Part shown: positions 36,802 through 45,800 of the stretch, one piece after another
How positions within the stretch are numbered: position 1 is the stretch's first letter
How the letters are laid out: each line of letters starts with the position of its first letter
Origin: Clostridia bacterium
Lineage (GTDB): Bacteria; Bacillota; Clostridia; Christensenellales; UBA1242
DNA length: 64,000 bases
Direction of reading: 5' to 3'
NCBI GenBank assembly: GCA_045635805.1
Contig: JAZTWI010000007.1
Location: forward strand, 2,749-66,748
Notes under the pieces: generated by a model
Databases searched by the model: none
What the model was told of the DNA's origin: nothing
Seen by the model: only the letters and a program-made list of their open reading frames with translations
Program-made: the position numbers and the translations under genes

Positions 36802-37923
36802 ATGATATATCTAGACAATAGTTCTACTACTCACAAGAAACCACTTTCAGTTAAACTTGCCACACTAAAAGGTCTATCTAGTTTAAGTGTGAATCCTAGT
36901 AGGTCTGGACATAAACTAGCGCTCAAGGGTGCTGAAAAAATATATAGTACCAGAGAAAACCTATCCGAGTTCCTTGGAACAACTCCAGAAAATGTAATAT
37001 TCACTAGTGGCTGTACAATGGCAATTAACTTAGCCTTGCGTGGAACAGTGAAAAAAGGTGGTCATATTATCACCACTATTTACGAACATAATAGCACCCT
37101 TAGAACACTCGACTATTTAAAGAAAACCGAAAATATAGAAGTCTCTTATCTTACACCCAATAAGTCTGGACTAATAACAACAAAAGACATATTAAATAAA
37201 ATTAAAAAGAACACATATCTAATTATAGTAAATCATACAAGCAATGTTACAGGAGTTACACAAGATATTGAATCAATTGGCAAACTATGTAAAAAGAAAA
37301 ATTTACTTTTTATGGTTGATGGTGCTCAAAGTATAGGACATACAAATATCAATATGCAGAGACAAAATATAAATATGCTCACTCTTGCTGGACACAAAGG
37401 CTTATATGCTCCAGAAGGAATAGGCGCTCTACTACTGAATAACTGTACAGTCTCACCTATTATATTCGGTGGTACAGGAACACATAGCGACAAAGAATCT
37501 CAGCCAACTGAAATACCTGACGGACTAGAGAGTGGGACAATTAATCTTCCAGGAATCTTAGGACTAGATGCAGGAGTAACTTTTGCTAAAAACAACTTTG
37601 ATAAAATAAATAATAAAATTGAAATGCTATCCAACCTACTTATATATGAATTAAATAGAATTAAAAATGTCAAAGTTTTTGGCAATATAAAATCAGGTGT
37701 TGTATCTATTGCAATTAATAATAAAGATAGTTCAACCATCTCAAATATCTTAGATGAAAAATACAATATCTGTACCAGGAGTGGATTACATTGTGCACCT
37801 AGAGTCCATAAATACTTAGGAACAATAAAATCAGGACTCACAAGAATTAGTCTCTCATACTTCAATTCAACTAGAGATATTAAGAACTTAATCAACGCCA
37901 TAAAAGAAATTGCTTTGGACTAA
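36802..37923 (+). CDS. Class V aminotransferase / cysteine desulfurase-family protein
   Basis: MIYLDNSSTT start (ATG 36802 after AAAGGAG), PLP lysine in AGHKGLYAPEGIG, and catalytic Cys in RSGLHCAP. Confidence 0.8.
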   Translation: MIYLDNSSTTHKKPLSVKLATLKGLSSLSVNPSRSGHKLALKGAEKIYSTRENLSEFLGTTPENVIFTSGCTMAINLALRGTVKKGGHIITTIYEHNSTLRTLDYLKKTENIEVSYLTPNKSGLITTKDILNKIKKNTYLIIVNHTSNVTGVTQDIESIGKLCKKKNLLFMVDGAQSIGHTNINMQRQNINMLTLAGHKGLYAPEGIGALLLNNCTVSPIIFGGTGTHSDKESQPTEIPDGLESGTINLPGILGLDAGVTFAKNNFDKINNKIEMLSNLLIYELNRIKNVKVFGNIKSGVVSIAINNKDSSTISNILDEKYNICTRSGLHCAPRVHKYLGTIKSGLTRISLSYFNSTRDIKNLINAIKEIALD

Positions 37924-37936
37924 CCAAAGCAATTTT

Positions 37937-39073
37937 TTATATTAATACTAATTTTCTTAAATCAAGATAACCATACCCTTCTTTGTTTCTATCTCCTTCT
38001 ATTCTAATACAAGCACTAATGAGCATATATTTTATTTCATCAGGAGAGTATCTAGGATTAATATTTTTAAGTAAACTCGCAACACCTGCTACCATTGGTG
38101 CCGACACACTAGTACCACTCATCTTAGTATAAAATTTCTTATCCACACTGAAAACATTTGTCGATACAATGTCTGTACCAGGAACAACAATATCTGGCTT
38201 ATAATAATTACCACAAGGGCCCCTACTACTAAAGTCAGCAACAGAAATAACTCCCCGGCTTATATCATCTAAGCTACCAACAGTTATAACTCTCCTGCTA
38301 CTACCAGGAGACATAATTGTCTCACTATCTGGTCCACTATTTCCTGCAGCAGTAACCACAACTATACCACTATTCCATAGTATCTCTGCCGCACTTACCA
38401 GTGGGTCATCTTCTCTATACACACTGCCAAAACTCATACATACAGTGGAAATATTGTATTTTTCTTTATTTTGAAGAACCCACTGCATTGCCTCTAAAAT
38501 TTTAGTTGTGGTCGTTTCTCCTATACTATCTAGGGCTTTTATGACAATAATATCAGATATTTTGTCAATACCTACATACTTACCATTAATTCCATTACCA
38601 CACATAACACCAGCAATAAATGTTCCGTGACCATTATCATCATACGGCTCCAACCTATTATTAATAAGGTCAACAAATTTAACAATCCTATATTTACCTA
38701 ACACAAAGTCAATATGTTCGTATATTCCCGTGTCTATTATCACAACAGAAAATTCATTATTTTTCGTGATAAGAGAGTATAAATAATCCGTATGTAAAAA
38801 CCTTTTTGTCTTATACATTAGGCTACATACCCTGCAGTCATCAGTTATAAAACGTACAGAGTTTTCACTGGCTAAAGTATTAACTGCACCCATAGGCAAA
38901 CTCACTGCAAAACTCGAAATAAAAGGAAACTTCTTTATGTTGTTATATTTATTATCATACACTCCTATATCTCTAACATAATTATCCAAGTGAACAATCA
39001 CATCTATATTACTATGCAAGTTTGACGAAATAGAAATCTTATCAAGTAACCTTTTATCAATCTTACTTAACAT
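37937..39073 (-). CDS. Subtilisin-like (S8) serine peptidase without signal peptide
   Basis: Catalytic triad contexts VIIDTGI, DDNGHGTFIAG and SGTSVSAPMVAG. Propeptide-like N-terminal 100 aa or so; no hydrophobic leader. Confidence 0.85.
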   Translation of the reverse strand: MLSKIDKRLLDKISISSNLHSNIDVIVHLDNYVRDIGVYDNKYNNIKKFPFISSFAVSLPMGAVNTLASENSVRFITDDCRVCSLMYKTKRFLHTDYLYSLITKNNEFSVVIIDTGIYEHIDFVLGKYRIVKFVDLINNRLEPYDDNGHGTFIAGVMCGNGINGKYVGIDKISDIIVIKALDSIGETTTTKILEAMQWVLQNKEKYNISTVCMSFGSVYREDDPLVSAAEILWNSGIVVVTAAGNSGPDSETIMSPGSSRRVITVGSLDDISRGVISVADFSSRGPCGNYYKPDIVVPGTDIVSTNVFSVDKKFYTKMSGTSVSAPMVAGVASLLKNINPRYSPDEIKYMLISACIRIEGDRNKEGYGYLDLRKLVLI

Positions 39074-39347
39074 CTTTTACCATATTAATAATACTATCTA
39101 GAGAACTTGCCTGGTCACTATTTAAATAAGGCTTTAGGGTATCTTTGATTCCATTTAATTTTTTATCGCTCAAATGCCCTGCACTTTTTTCTTTTGCTGT
39201 TAGTTTGAGAAATTCCTGCATTAGTTCACTGCTACTCAACTTACTATACTTATCAATCATATCTTGATAGTCGTTTTTATTTTTATCTATCTTCGATTCC
39301 TTCATATCACTATCATTTATGTAATCACTAAATTTAGACATACTCAC
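39063..39347 (-). CDS. Small acidic/helical protein, unknown
   Basis: 94 aa. Its 3-prime end overlaps the S8 protease start by 11 nt, suggesting translational coupling. Confidence 0.4.
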   Translation of the reverse strand: MSMSKFSDYINDSDMKESKIDKNKNDYQDMIDKYSKLSSSELMQEFLKLTAKEKSAGHLSDKKLNGIKDTLKPYLNSDQASSLDSIINMVKDVK

Positions 39348-39449
39348 CCCCTGTAATATTTCATTATATGCATTGCATTTTTATTATGATAAAAACACTT
39401 ATCACAAATAGTACTCATAATTCATATATATTACAAATAGGAGAATATT

Positions 39450-39902
39450 ATGGATAATATAGCCCAACTACTAAAAATATTATCAAACACTAATAACGAA
39501 GAAAATAAGGCACCCGATATACCAAAAGAAATAATTGAGCAATACCCTTATGGGGAGTTCCCTATTAGATATACAAAGTCTGGTCAAGAAATCATAAGAA
39601 AAAATAGTGAAGCCAGATACTCTCACACTATAGATAACCACAAAGACTCTCCAATAGCTAAACCTTCCGGGATAGACTTATCAACAATACTCAGCCTATC
39701 TACTCTACTATCGAATAAAAAAAAGAATAGTCAAAACGACATGCTAGAAATATTTTCTTCTTTATTATTTAAAGACAACCCTGAATTTAAAAAAATACTA
39801 GAATTATTCTCTAAAAAACCTAAAACTCAAGAAATAGATAATACAAATAATTTTCCTAATGTAAATAAAGTCTGCATTAGTGCACTAAAAAAGGTTGAGT
39901 AA
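39450..39902 (+). CDS. Hypothetical protein
   Basis: 150 aa, hydrophilic, with RBS AGGAGAA. No recognisable motif. Confidence 0.4.
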   Translation: MDNIAQLLKILSNTNNEENKAPDIPKEIIEQYPYGEFPIRYTKSGQEIIRKNSEARYSHTIDNHKDSPIAKPSGIDLSTILSLSTLLSNKKKNSQNDMLEIFSSLLFKDNPEFKKILELFSKKPKTQEIDNTNNFPNVNKVCISALKKVE

Positions 39903-39915
39903 TTATTTCTCAACC
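39887..39915 (-). terminator. Hairpin whose loop holds both convergent stop codons
   Basis: GGTTGAG (39893-39899) / CTCAACC (39909-39915). The loop contains TAA of the plus gene and TTA (=TAA) of the minus gene. A T run follows on the minus strand. Confidence 0.5.
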
Positions 39916-40565
39916 TCATCTTCTTCTAGCAAAGAACCAAACTTTAGGTATTTTCTCTTATAACCAAATTGTGATGCAATTTCATCTTCTTCTGTCATAA
40001 TAATAGCTGCAGCAGCATTTGTCTTAATCATTGATTTAATATTCTTAATAATCGGGGCCCTATCAATAGGAGAAATCCTAGCAAAGACATCATCTATGTA
40101 GAATAGCTCAATATTTCTTATAGATAGCCTAGCAAGTGCCACTTTGATTTTATCTAGATAATTCAATTCTTTTACTTTCTTATTTTTTAGATATTCAATA
40201 CCGAAACTAATGAGAGCATTATTCACTTTTGCTTCATAAAAAGTTGGATTTTCTTTTCTAATCTTTAGTGGATACTCAATATTCTGCTTAACAGTTTTAT
40301 TATCTAAAAATGCAGGGTTCGCAGGTAAATAACCAACAGATATATCATTTTGTGGGTCAACCCTATCAATAGGCATATTTTTATATAAAATCTCACCCTT
40401 AGCAATAGGCTCTAGTCCAACAAGAGTTCTAAGAAGCGCAGTTCTGCCACTCTCTTTACTACCAACAATAACTAGTCTATCATTGCTATCAAGTGAAATA
40501 TTAATATCGTTTAATGTATAGTAATCTTTTGTAAAAGACACATATAAATGATTAATTTCTAACAT
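39903..40565 (-). CDS. ABC-ATPase-fold protein with degenerate catalytic motifs
   Basis: Walker A is GSKESGRT (Lys to Arg). Q-loop is GYLPANP (Gln to Ala). The signature LSGGQ is replaced by LNYLD. Walker B is LFYIDD (Glu to Asp). The H-switch is TEED. No permease gene is adjacent. Confidence 0.6.
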   Translation of the reverse strand: MLEINHLYVSFTKDYYTLNDINISLDSNDRLVIVGSKESGRTALLRTLVGLEPIAKGEILYKNMPIDRVDPQNDISVGYLPANPAFLDNKTVKQNIEYPLKIRKENPTFYEAKVNNALISFGIEYLKNKKVKELNYLDKIKVALARLSIRNIELFYIDDVFARISPIDRAPIIKNIKSMIKTNAAAAIIMTEEDEIASQFGYKRKYLKFGSLLEEDEVEK

Positions 40566-40719
40566 TTTACATACCTTATTTTGTATTTTTTCTTATTTTA
40601 CTAAATATTTGCCTTTTTCACAACTAAAATTATAATTTTTATAAATATTGGGTAACAAAGTTGCTTTTTTTTTAGCATTGTAATACACTATAAAATAGAT
40701 ATAACTAAGGAGAATTTAT

Positions 40720-42123
40720 ATGATAAGTTTTGGAACAAGTGGCTTTAGAGCAACAGTTGGTGAAGAGTTCACTAAAGAATCCGTACAAAAGATTGCTCAA
40801 GCATTATCTAAATTAATTAAGAAAAGCAAAGTAAATAAGCCTATCGTTATCGGTTATGACCGTAGATTTATGTCAGACTTTTACGCTAAATGGGTTGCAG
40901 AAGTTTTCGCTGGAAATAAAATTGTATCCAAATTATATAATAGACCAGTCCCAACCCCTACCGTAATGGCAGCCGTTAAAGAAGATAACTTAGACTATGG
41001 TATCACTATTACAGCTAGTCATAATCCATACTACCATAATGGTTTAAAAATCACAGTTGCTGGTGGTAAAGATGCAGACATCGAGCTTACTAGCCAGATT
41101 ACAAAAATAGCTAACAAAAACATCAAAATCAAATCAATACCTTATGACTTGGCCGTTACTAATGGTTTAATTGTTGAATACGATAGTATGAAAGATTATA
41201 TTAAAAATATCTGCAAATTCCTATCTAAAAACATTAAAGAAAATAACATTAAACTATTATTTAATGCAATGCACGGTGTAACAGTAGAGCCTGTTAAATT
41301 ACTAGCAAAGAAACTAAACTTAAAGAAACTAGACATTATGAAGGAAGATACAGATGTATACTTTGAGTATAACGTAACATCTCCTGATGAGAAAAATGTT
41401 GAAGACCTAAAGAAAGAAGTGGTTAAAGGTAAGTACACTCTAGGTATTGCTTGTGATGGCGATGGCGATAGAATAGCGATTGTAGACGAACTAGGTACAT
41501 ATCACGATTGTAATACAATAATTGCAATACTTTACTACTATCTTGCTAAATACAGAGGTATGGAAGGAGATATCGTTAGAACACTACCTACTAGTATAAT
41601 TTTAGACAAACTTGCTACAGCACTAGGCTTTAAGTGTCACGAAGTTCCTGTTGGTTTCAAATGGGTTTCTGCTAAAATGAACGAAGTAGATGCACTAATG
41701 GGTGGAGAATGTACAGGTGGACTCACAATGAGAGGTTATACCCCTACTAAAGATAGTTTATTTGCTGCAGCACTTATATTAGACGCAATAGCAACTATCA
41801 AAAAACCACTTAGTGCAATAGTAGAAGAAGTTAAAACATTTGCTGAATATATCTCAACATACTGGGAAGGTACATTTAAATTAAAATCAAAGAAAAAAGT
41901 AGCAAAAGCATTAAATAAAACAGTACCAAGCTTCCCATACAAACCAACTCAAATCATTAGAACTGACGGAACTAAATATGTATTCGAAGACGGAAGTTTC
42001 GTAATTATGAGATTCTCTGGAACAGAAGACCTACTAAGATACACTATCGAATTCCAAACAGAAATAGAGTGCGAGAGAGTAATTAAAGCAATAAACACAT
42101 TTATCAGTACATATGATAAATAA
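40720..42123 (+). CDS. Phosphohexomutase (phosphoglucomutase/phosphomannomutase family)
   Basis: FGTSGFR, active-site TASHNPYYHNG, metal loop ACDGDGDR, sugar loop GGECTGG, phosphate loop RFSGTED. Confidence 0.85.
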   Translation: MISFGTSGFRATVGEEFTKESVQKIAQALSKLIKKSKVNKPIVIGYDRRFMSDFYAKWVAEVFAGNKIVSKLYNRPVPTPTVMAAVKEDNLDYGITITASHNPYYHNGLKITVAGGKDADIELTSQITKIANKNIKIKSIPYDLAVTNGLIVEYDSMKDYIKNICKFLSKNIKENNIKLLFNAMHGVTVEPVKLLAKKLNLKKLDIMKEDTDVYFEYNVTSPDEKNVEDLKKEVVKGKYTLGIACDGDGDRIAIVDELGTYHDCNTIIAILYYYLAKYRGMEGDIVRTLPTSIILDKLATALGFKCHEVPVGFKWVSAKMNEVDALMGGECTGGLTMRGYTPTKDSLFAAALILDAIATIKKPLSAIVEEVKTFAEYISTYWEGTFKLKSKKKVAKALNKTVPSFPYKPTQIIRTDGTKYVFEDGSFVIMRFSGTEDLLRYTIEFQTEIECERVIKAINTFISTYDK

Positions 42124-42138
42124 TTTAAAATTTAATAA

Positions 42139-42172
42139 CAAAAATAGACTATCAATAGATAGTCTATTTTTA
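42139..42172. terminator. Bidirectional terminator
   Basis: ATAGACTATC-AATA-GATAGTCTAT 10-bp stem (42144-42167) flanked by A and T runs. Confidence 0.7.
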
Positions 42173-42221
42173 TTAAAATCTTATTAATATAGGCAATATT
42201 TCAAGACTTGCATAATACTAA

Positions 42222-43766
42222 TTACTTAGTATAACTCTTGAATTCAATAGTTCCATGGAACTTAAAGTATACAGAGAATTCACTATTGTCTTGGTTGATT
42301 TGCGCATTATTTGGATAAAATTGATAATCTTCTTTAGCTACTACGGTATTACCCATATAATCTTCATTACCAAGGCCTGAGATACTACCAGAGATATTAC
42401 CTGTAGCCATAAATTTAAATGGGTCAGAAATGATAGCTGGTAGATATACTACAGCAGAACCTTTATCGTGAAGTTCTACAGCGTGCTCATATGTTTTGTC
42501 TGCAGCTAATTTACTCTTAACTTCTTCAAATGTTACTGTAACCTTAGAAGAACCAAGAGTTTTGATTCTTAATTTATTTACTTTATTTACAACAGTAATA
42601 TTACCATCAACGTTCTCAATATAAGTAACTACTTTGTCCATATAATCACTAGTACTATTAACTAGGATATTTCCCCTTTTACTAGTAAATGAACCATTCT
42701 TTAAGTATGAATAAACAGTAATATTTCCATAGTGAGTTAGGATATTTAGATTGTCATTAGCCTTATTAATTGTGATATTTCCGTGCTCACTTTGTAAGAT
42801 TGCTTCATTATTAATCTCTTCAATATTGATTGAACCAGAAGTTGTTATAATACCTGTTTTACCTGTAAGAGTTGTAATATTTACACTACATGTATCAGTA
42901 ATAATTGTATTCTCTGCTCCACTAGGTGAATTAAGTGTCTTTACATTAAATTGGCCATTCTCAGACATAAATGTAAATCCATCAGCAGTACATCTAATAT
43001 TCTCTGCCTTGATACCTACACCAGTACCCCTAATATCAAGTGATGCATTAACATCATTAAATACAAACTCTCCTCTTTCAGCATTTAGTTTGATTTGAGA
43101 TGCTACATTTAATGTTGCAACTTGAGAGAAATTCATCTCACCACTAACAGTTGTTAGATTAAGTGCTCCTAGGTTAAGAGAAATACCTTCTTCATTTTTT
43201 GAATTTTTATAATATTTTAAATTACCAGATTGTGTATTTACAGTTAAATTAGAGATGCTTAATTCTGGACTGCTTCCATCACCTAATTTAATATCTGCAC
43301 TCTTGGTATTAAGAACTAGTGCATATGTCCTACTAGCAGGTACAGTAACTTCTACTCTACTACCACCCATAGAAATCCAGCCATTAGGCTCTGTTACACT
43401 TAGGTTAATCTTTAGAGTAGAGTTTTTAACTTCTATATCTTTAACTACTCTATATTCAGTAATATCAAAAGAAATACCAAAAGTCGCTAGAACTAATTTA
43501 TACTCAACATTTGTAACTTCGGTACTAGCAACAACATTAATAGGAACCTTATTACTACTTAGTCCCAATTCAATACTACTATATCCTGAGTAATCAGTTA
43601 GAACAATTGGGTCACCTTCCACTTCTTCATTGGAGTGAGTAACACCCACACCCATTATTCTAAAGTTAGGCGCAAAATACATAATACCAAATAAAAGTAC
43701 GCCTATAGCAAATATGATGCCTAGAACTATTCCAACATAAATCATTAAACCTTTCAATGCTTTCAT
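42222..43766 (-). CDS. Membrane-anchored DUF4097-like beta-strand repeat protein (putative adhesin fold)
   Basis: N-terminal TM, then repeated G(N/S)I.I / SG.I.V strand motifs (SGEMNF, SGSINIEE, HGNITINK, YGNITVYS, RGNILVNS). Confidence 0.6.
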   Translation of the reverse strand: MKALKGLMIYVGIVLGIIFAIGVLLFGIMYFAPNFRIMGVGVTHSNEEVEGDPIVLTDYSGYSSIELGLSSNKVPINVVASTEVTNVEYKLVLATFGISFDITEYRVVKDIEVKNSTLKINLSVTEPNGWISMGGSRVEVTVPASRTYALVLNTKSADIKLGDGSSPELSISNLTVNTQSGNLKYYKNSKNEEGISLNLGALNLTTVSGEMNFSQVATLNVASQIKLNAERGEFVFNDVNASLDIRGTGVGIKAENIRCTADGFTFMSENGQFNVKTLNSPSGAENTIITDTCSVNITTLTGKTGIITTSGSINIEEINNEAILQSEHGNITINKANDNLNILTHYGNITVYSYLKNGSFTSKRGNILVNSTSDYMDKVVTYIENVDGNITVVNKVNKLRIKTLGSSKVTVTFEEVKSKLAADKTYEHAVELHDKGSAVVYLPAIISDPFKFMATGNISGSISGLGNEDYMGNTVVAKEDYQFYPNNAQINQDNSEFSVYFKFHGTIEFKSYTK

Positions 43767-43841
43767 ATAATCCCACCTGGACTTATTATTTACCTAAATT
43801 ATACATTAAAGATAAAATAAAAGCAAACACTTATAGGCAAT

Positions 43842-43881
43842 AAAAAAGACAGATATATATTTATTAATATATATCCGTCTT
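43842..43881 (-). terminator. alaS terminator
   Basis: 15-bp stem with one mismatch (43846-43860 / 43867-43881), followed on the minus strand by a T run. Confidence 0.6.
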
Positions 43882-43887
43882 AAGCTT

Positions 43888-45726
43888 TTATTCTAAAACT
43901 GCTTTAATTCTTCTAACACCACTAGAAGATGCTTCTTCTTTCTTAATAACAAATTTACCTAATTCTCTAGTATTTGCAACGTGTGGTCCTGTACAAATCT
44001 CCATAGAAACATCACCGATTGAATATACAGACACAATGTCTGGATACCTATCAATGAATTGATGCTCTGCACCGATTTCTACAGCCCTAGTCTTAGGCAT
44101 TTCTTCTTTAGTAACATCATAAGCGTTAGCAATCCACTCATTAACAAGTCTAGCAGTCTCAGTTAATTCTTCTTGAGTCATCTTATGGTCACAAGCAAAG
44201 TCAAATCTTAATCTTTCAGCAGTAATATTAGAACCCATCTGATGAGAAGTCTCACCAATTACTCTTTTTAGAGCAGCATTTAGTAAGTGTGTAGCAGTAT
44301 GGTACTTAGTTTCCATCTCTCCACCACCAGCAAGTCCACTCTTAAATGCACCTGCACTAGTAGTTCTAGCTAGTTCTTGGTGTTCTTCAAATGCCTTTTT
44401 AAATCCTGCTTCGTCTACCTTTAATCCTAATTCTTCAGCCATCTCAATTGTCATCTCAATTGGGAAACCAAATGTATCATATAGTCTAAATGAAGCCTTA
44501 CCACTAATGGTCATATCTTCTTCTGTTTCTTTATATTCTGGATTATTAGATTTTAAGAACTCTACTTTTCTTCTTAAACCATTTACAACCTTATCAAATT
44601 CCTTGATACCTGTCTCGATAGTTTTGTTAAATTTATCTACTTCTTTCTGTATTTCGCTTAAAATATAATCTTTCTTCTCTACTAGATTAGGATATGCCTT
44701 GTCATAAACTTTCTCAATGAAGATTTTTACAACATTACATAATTCATTAGACTCAAGTCCAATTTTCTTAGCATGTCTAATTGCTCTTCTAAGTAGTCTT
44801 CTAAGGATATATCCAGCACCTACATTACTAGGAACTATACCATTGATATCACCTATTAACATCATACCTGTTCTTAGGTGGTCGGCAATAATTCTCATAG
44901 AAGCAGTTTCTTTAGCGTCTTTGCCATATTCTTTCTGTGATTTCTCTTGAATATATGCAATAACATCAGAGAAAAGGTCTGTCTTATACACATCTTTTAA
45001 ACCATTTAAGAACATTAACATTCTCTCAAAACCAAAGCCTGTATCAACGTTTTTATTAGCAAGTGGAGTATATCCGTCTTCTAATTTTTGATACTGCATA
45101 TATACGTCATTACCTATCTCTACAAATCTACCACAGTCACAAGTAACGTCACATTTATCACTGCAAGGCTTGTCACTCAATGGATAGAACCACTCATTAT
45201 CTGGACCACAAGGTGTTCCTGTTGTTCCTGCTAGTTCCCACCAGTTATCTTCTTTACCTAAATAAAAGATATTCTCTTTTTTGATACCTAAACCCTGCAA
45301 AAGTCCTGCAGTTTCTTCGTCTCTTGGAGCACTCTCATTACCAGCAAATACAGTAGAACAGATTTTAGATTTATCTAGACCAAATACTTCAGTTAGTAAT
45401 TCTACAGACCAAGCAGTTTTCTCTTTCTTGAAATAATCTCCTAAACTCCAGTTACCCATCATCTCAAAGAAAGTACAGTGACTCTCATCACCAACAGAAT
45501 CTATATCTATAGTTCTTACACAACCCTGAACATTACAAAGTCTAGTTCCTTGTGGGTGTTTTTCGCCAAGTAAATATGGCATTAATGGTTGCATACCAGC
45601 AACATTGAACATAACACCTGTAGTACCATCACCGATAAGTGAAACAGCACCAATATCCACGTGACCTTTTGACTTATAAAAATTTAACCAAGCATCTCTT
45701 AATTCTTTTGAAGTATATTTTCTCAT
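43888..45726 (-). CDS. alaS: Alanine--tRNA ligase, short form (no C-Ala domain)
   Basis: Class II core FNVAGMQPL and TFFEMMGNWSLGDYFK. Editing-domain zinc motifs HTATHLL and CTGPHV. The protein ends about 30 aa after the editing domain, at 612 aa. Confidence 0.9.
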   Translation of the reverse strand: MRKYTSKELRDAWLNFYKSKGHVDIGAVSLIGDGTTGVMFNVAGMQPLMPYLLGEKHPQGTRLCNVQGCVRTIDIDSVGDESHCTFFEMMGNWSLGDYFKKEKTAWSVELLTEVFGLDKSKICSTVFAGNESAPRDEETAGLLQGLGIKKENIFYLGKEDNWWELAGTTGTPCGPDNEWFYPLSDKPCSDKCDVTCDCGRFVEIGNDVYMQYQKLEDGYTPLANKNVDTGFGFERMLMFLNGLKDVYKTDLFSDVIAYIQEKSQKEYGKDAKETASMRIIADHLRTGMMLIGDINGIVPSNVGAGYILRRLLRRAIRHAKKIGLESNELCNVVKIFIEKVYDKAYPNLVEKKDYILSEIQKEVDKFNKTIETGIKEFDKVVNGLRRKVEFLKSNNPEYKETEEDMTISGKASFRLYDTFGFPIEMTIEMAEELGLKVDEAGFKKAFEEHQELARTTSAGAFKSGLAGGGEMETKYHTATHLLNAALKRVIGETSHQMGSNITAERLRFDFACDHKMTQEELTETARLVNEWIANAYDVTKEEMPKTRAVEIGAEHQFIDRYPDIVSVYSIGDVSMEICTGPHVANTRELGKFVIKKEEASSSGVRRIKAVLE

Positions 45727-45800
45727 ATTTTTACCTTCGTATATCTTATTTTAACATAAAATTATATTATCATAATTAGTATATTTTATCAACTAGTTAG

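Noticed and set aside
45727-45800. T-box riboswitch upstream of alaS
   Set aside because: Only 74 nt are available and no specifier loop or T-box sequence (AANNNGGUGNNACCGCG-like) is visible. This is too short for a T-box leader.
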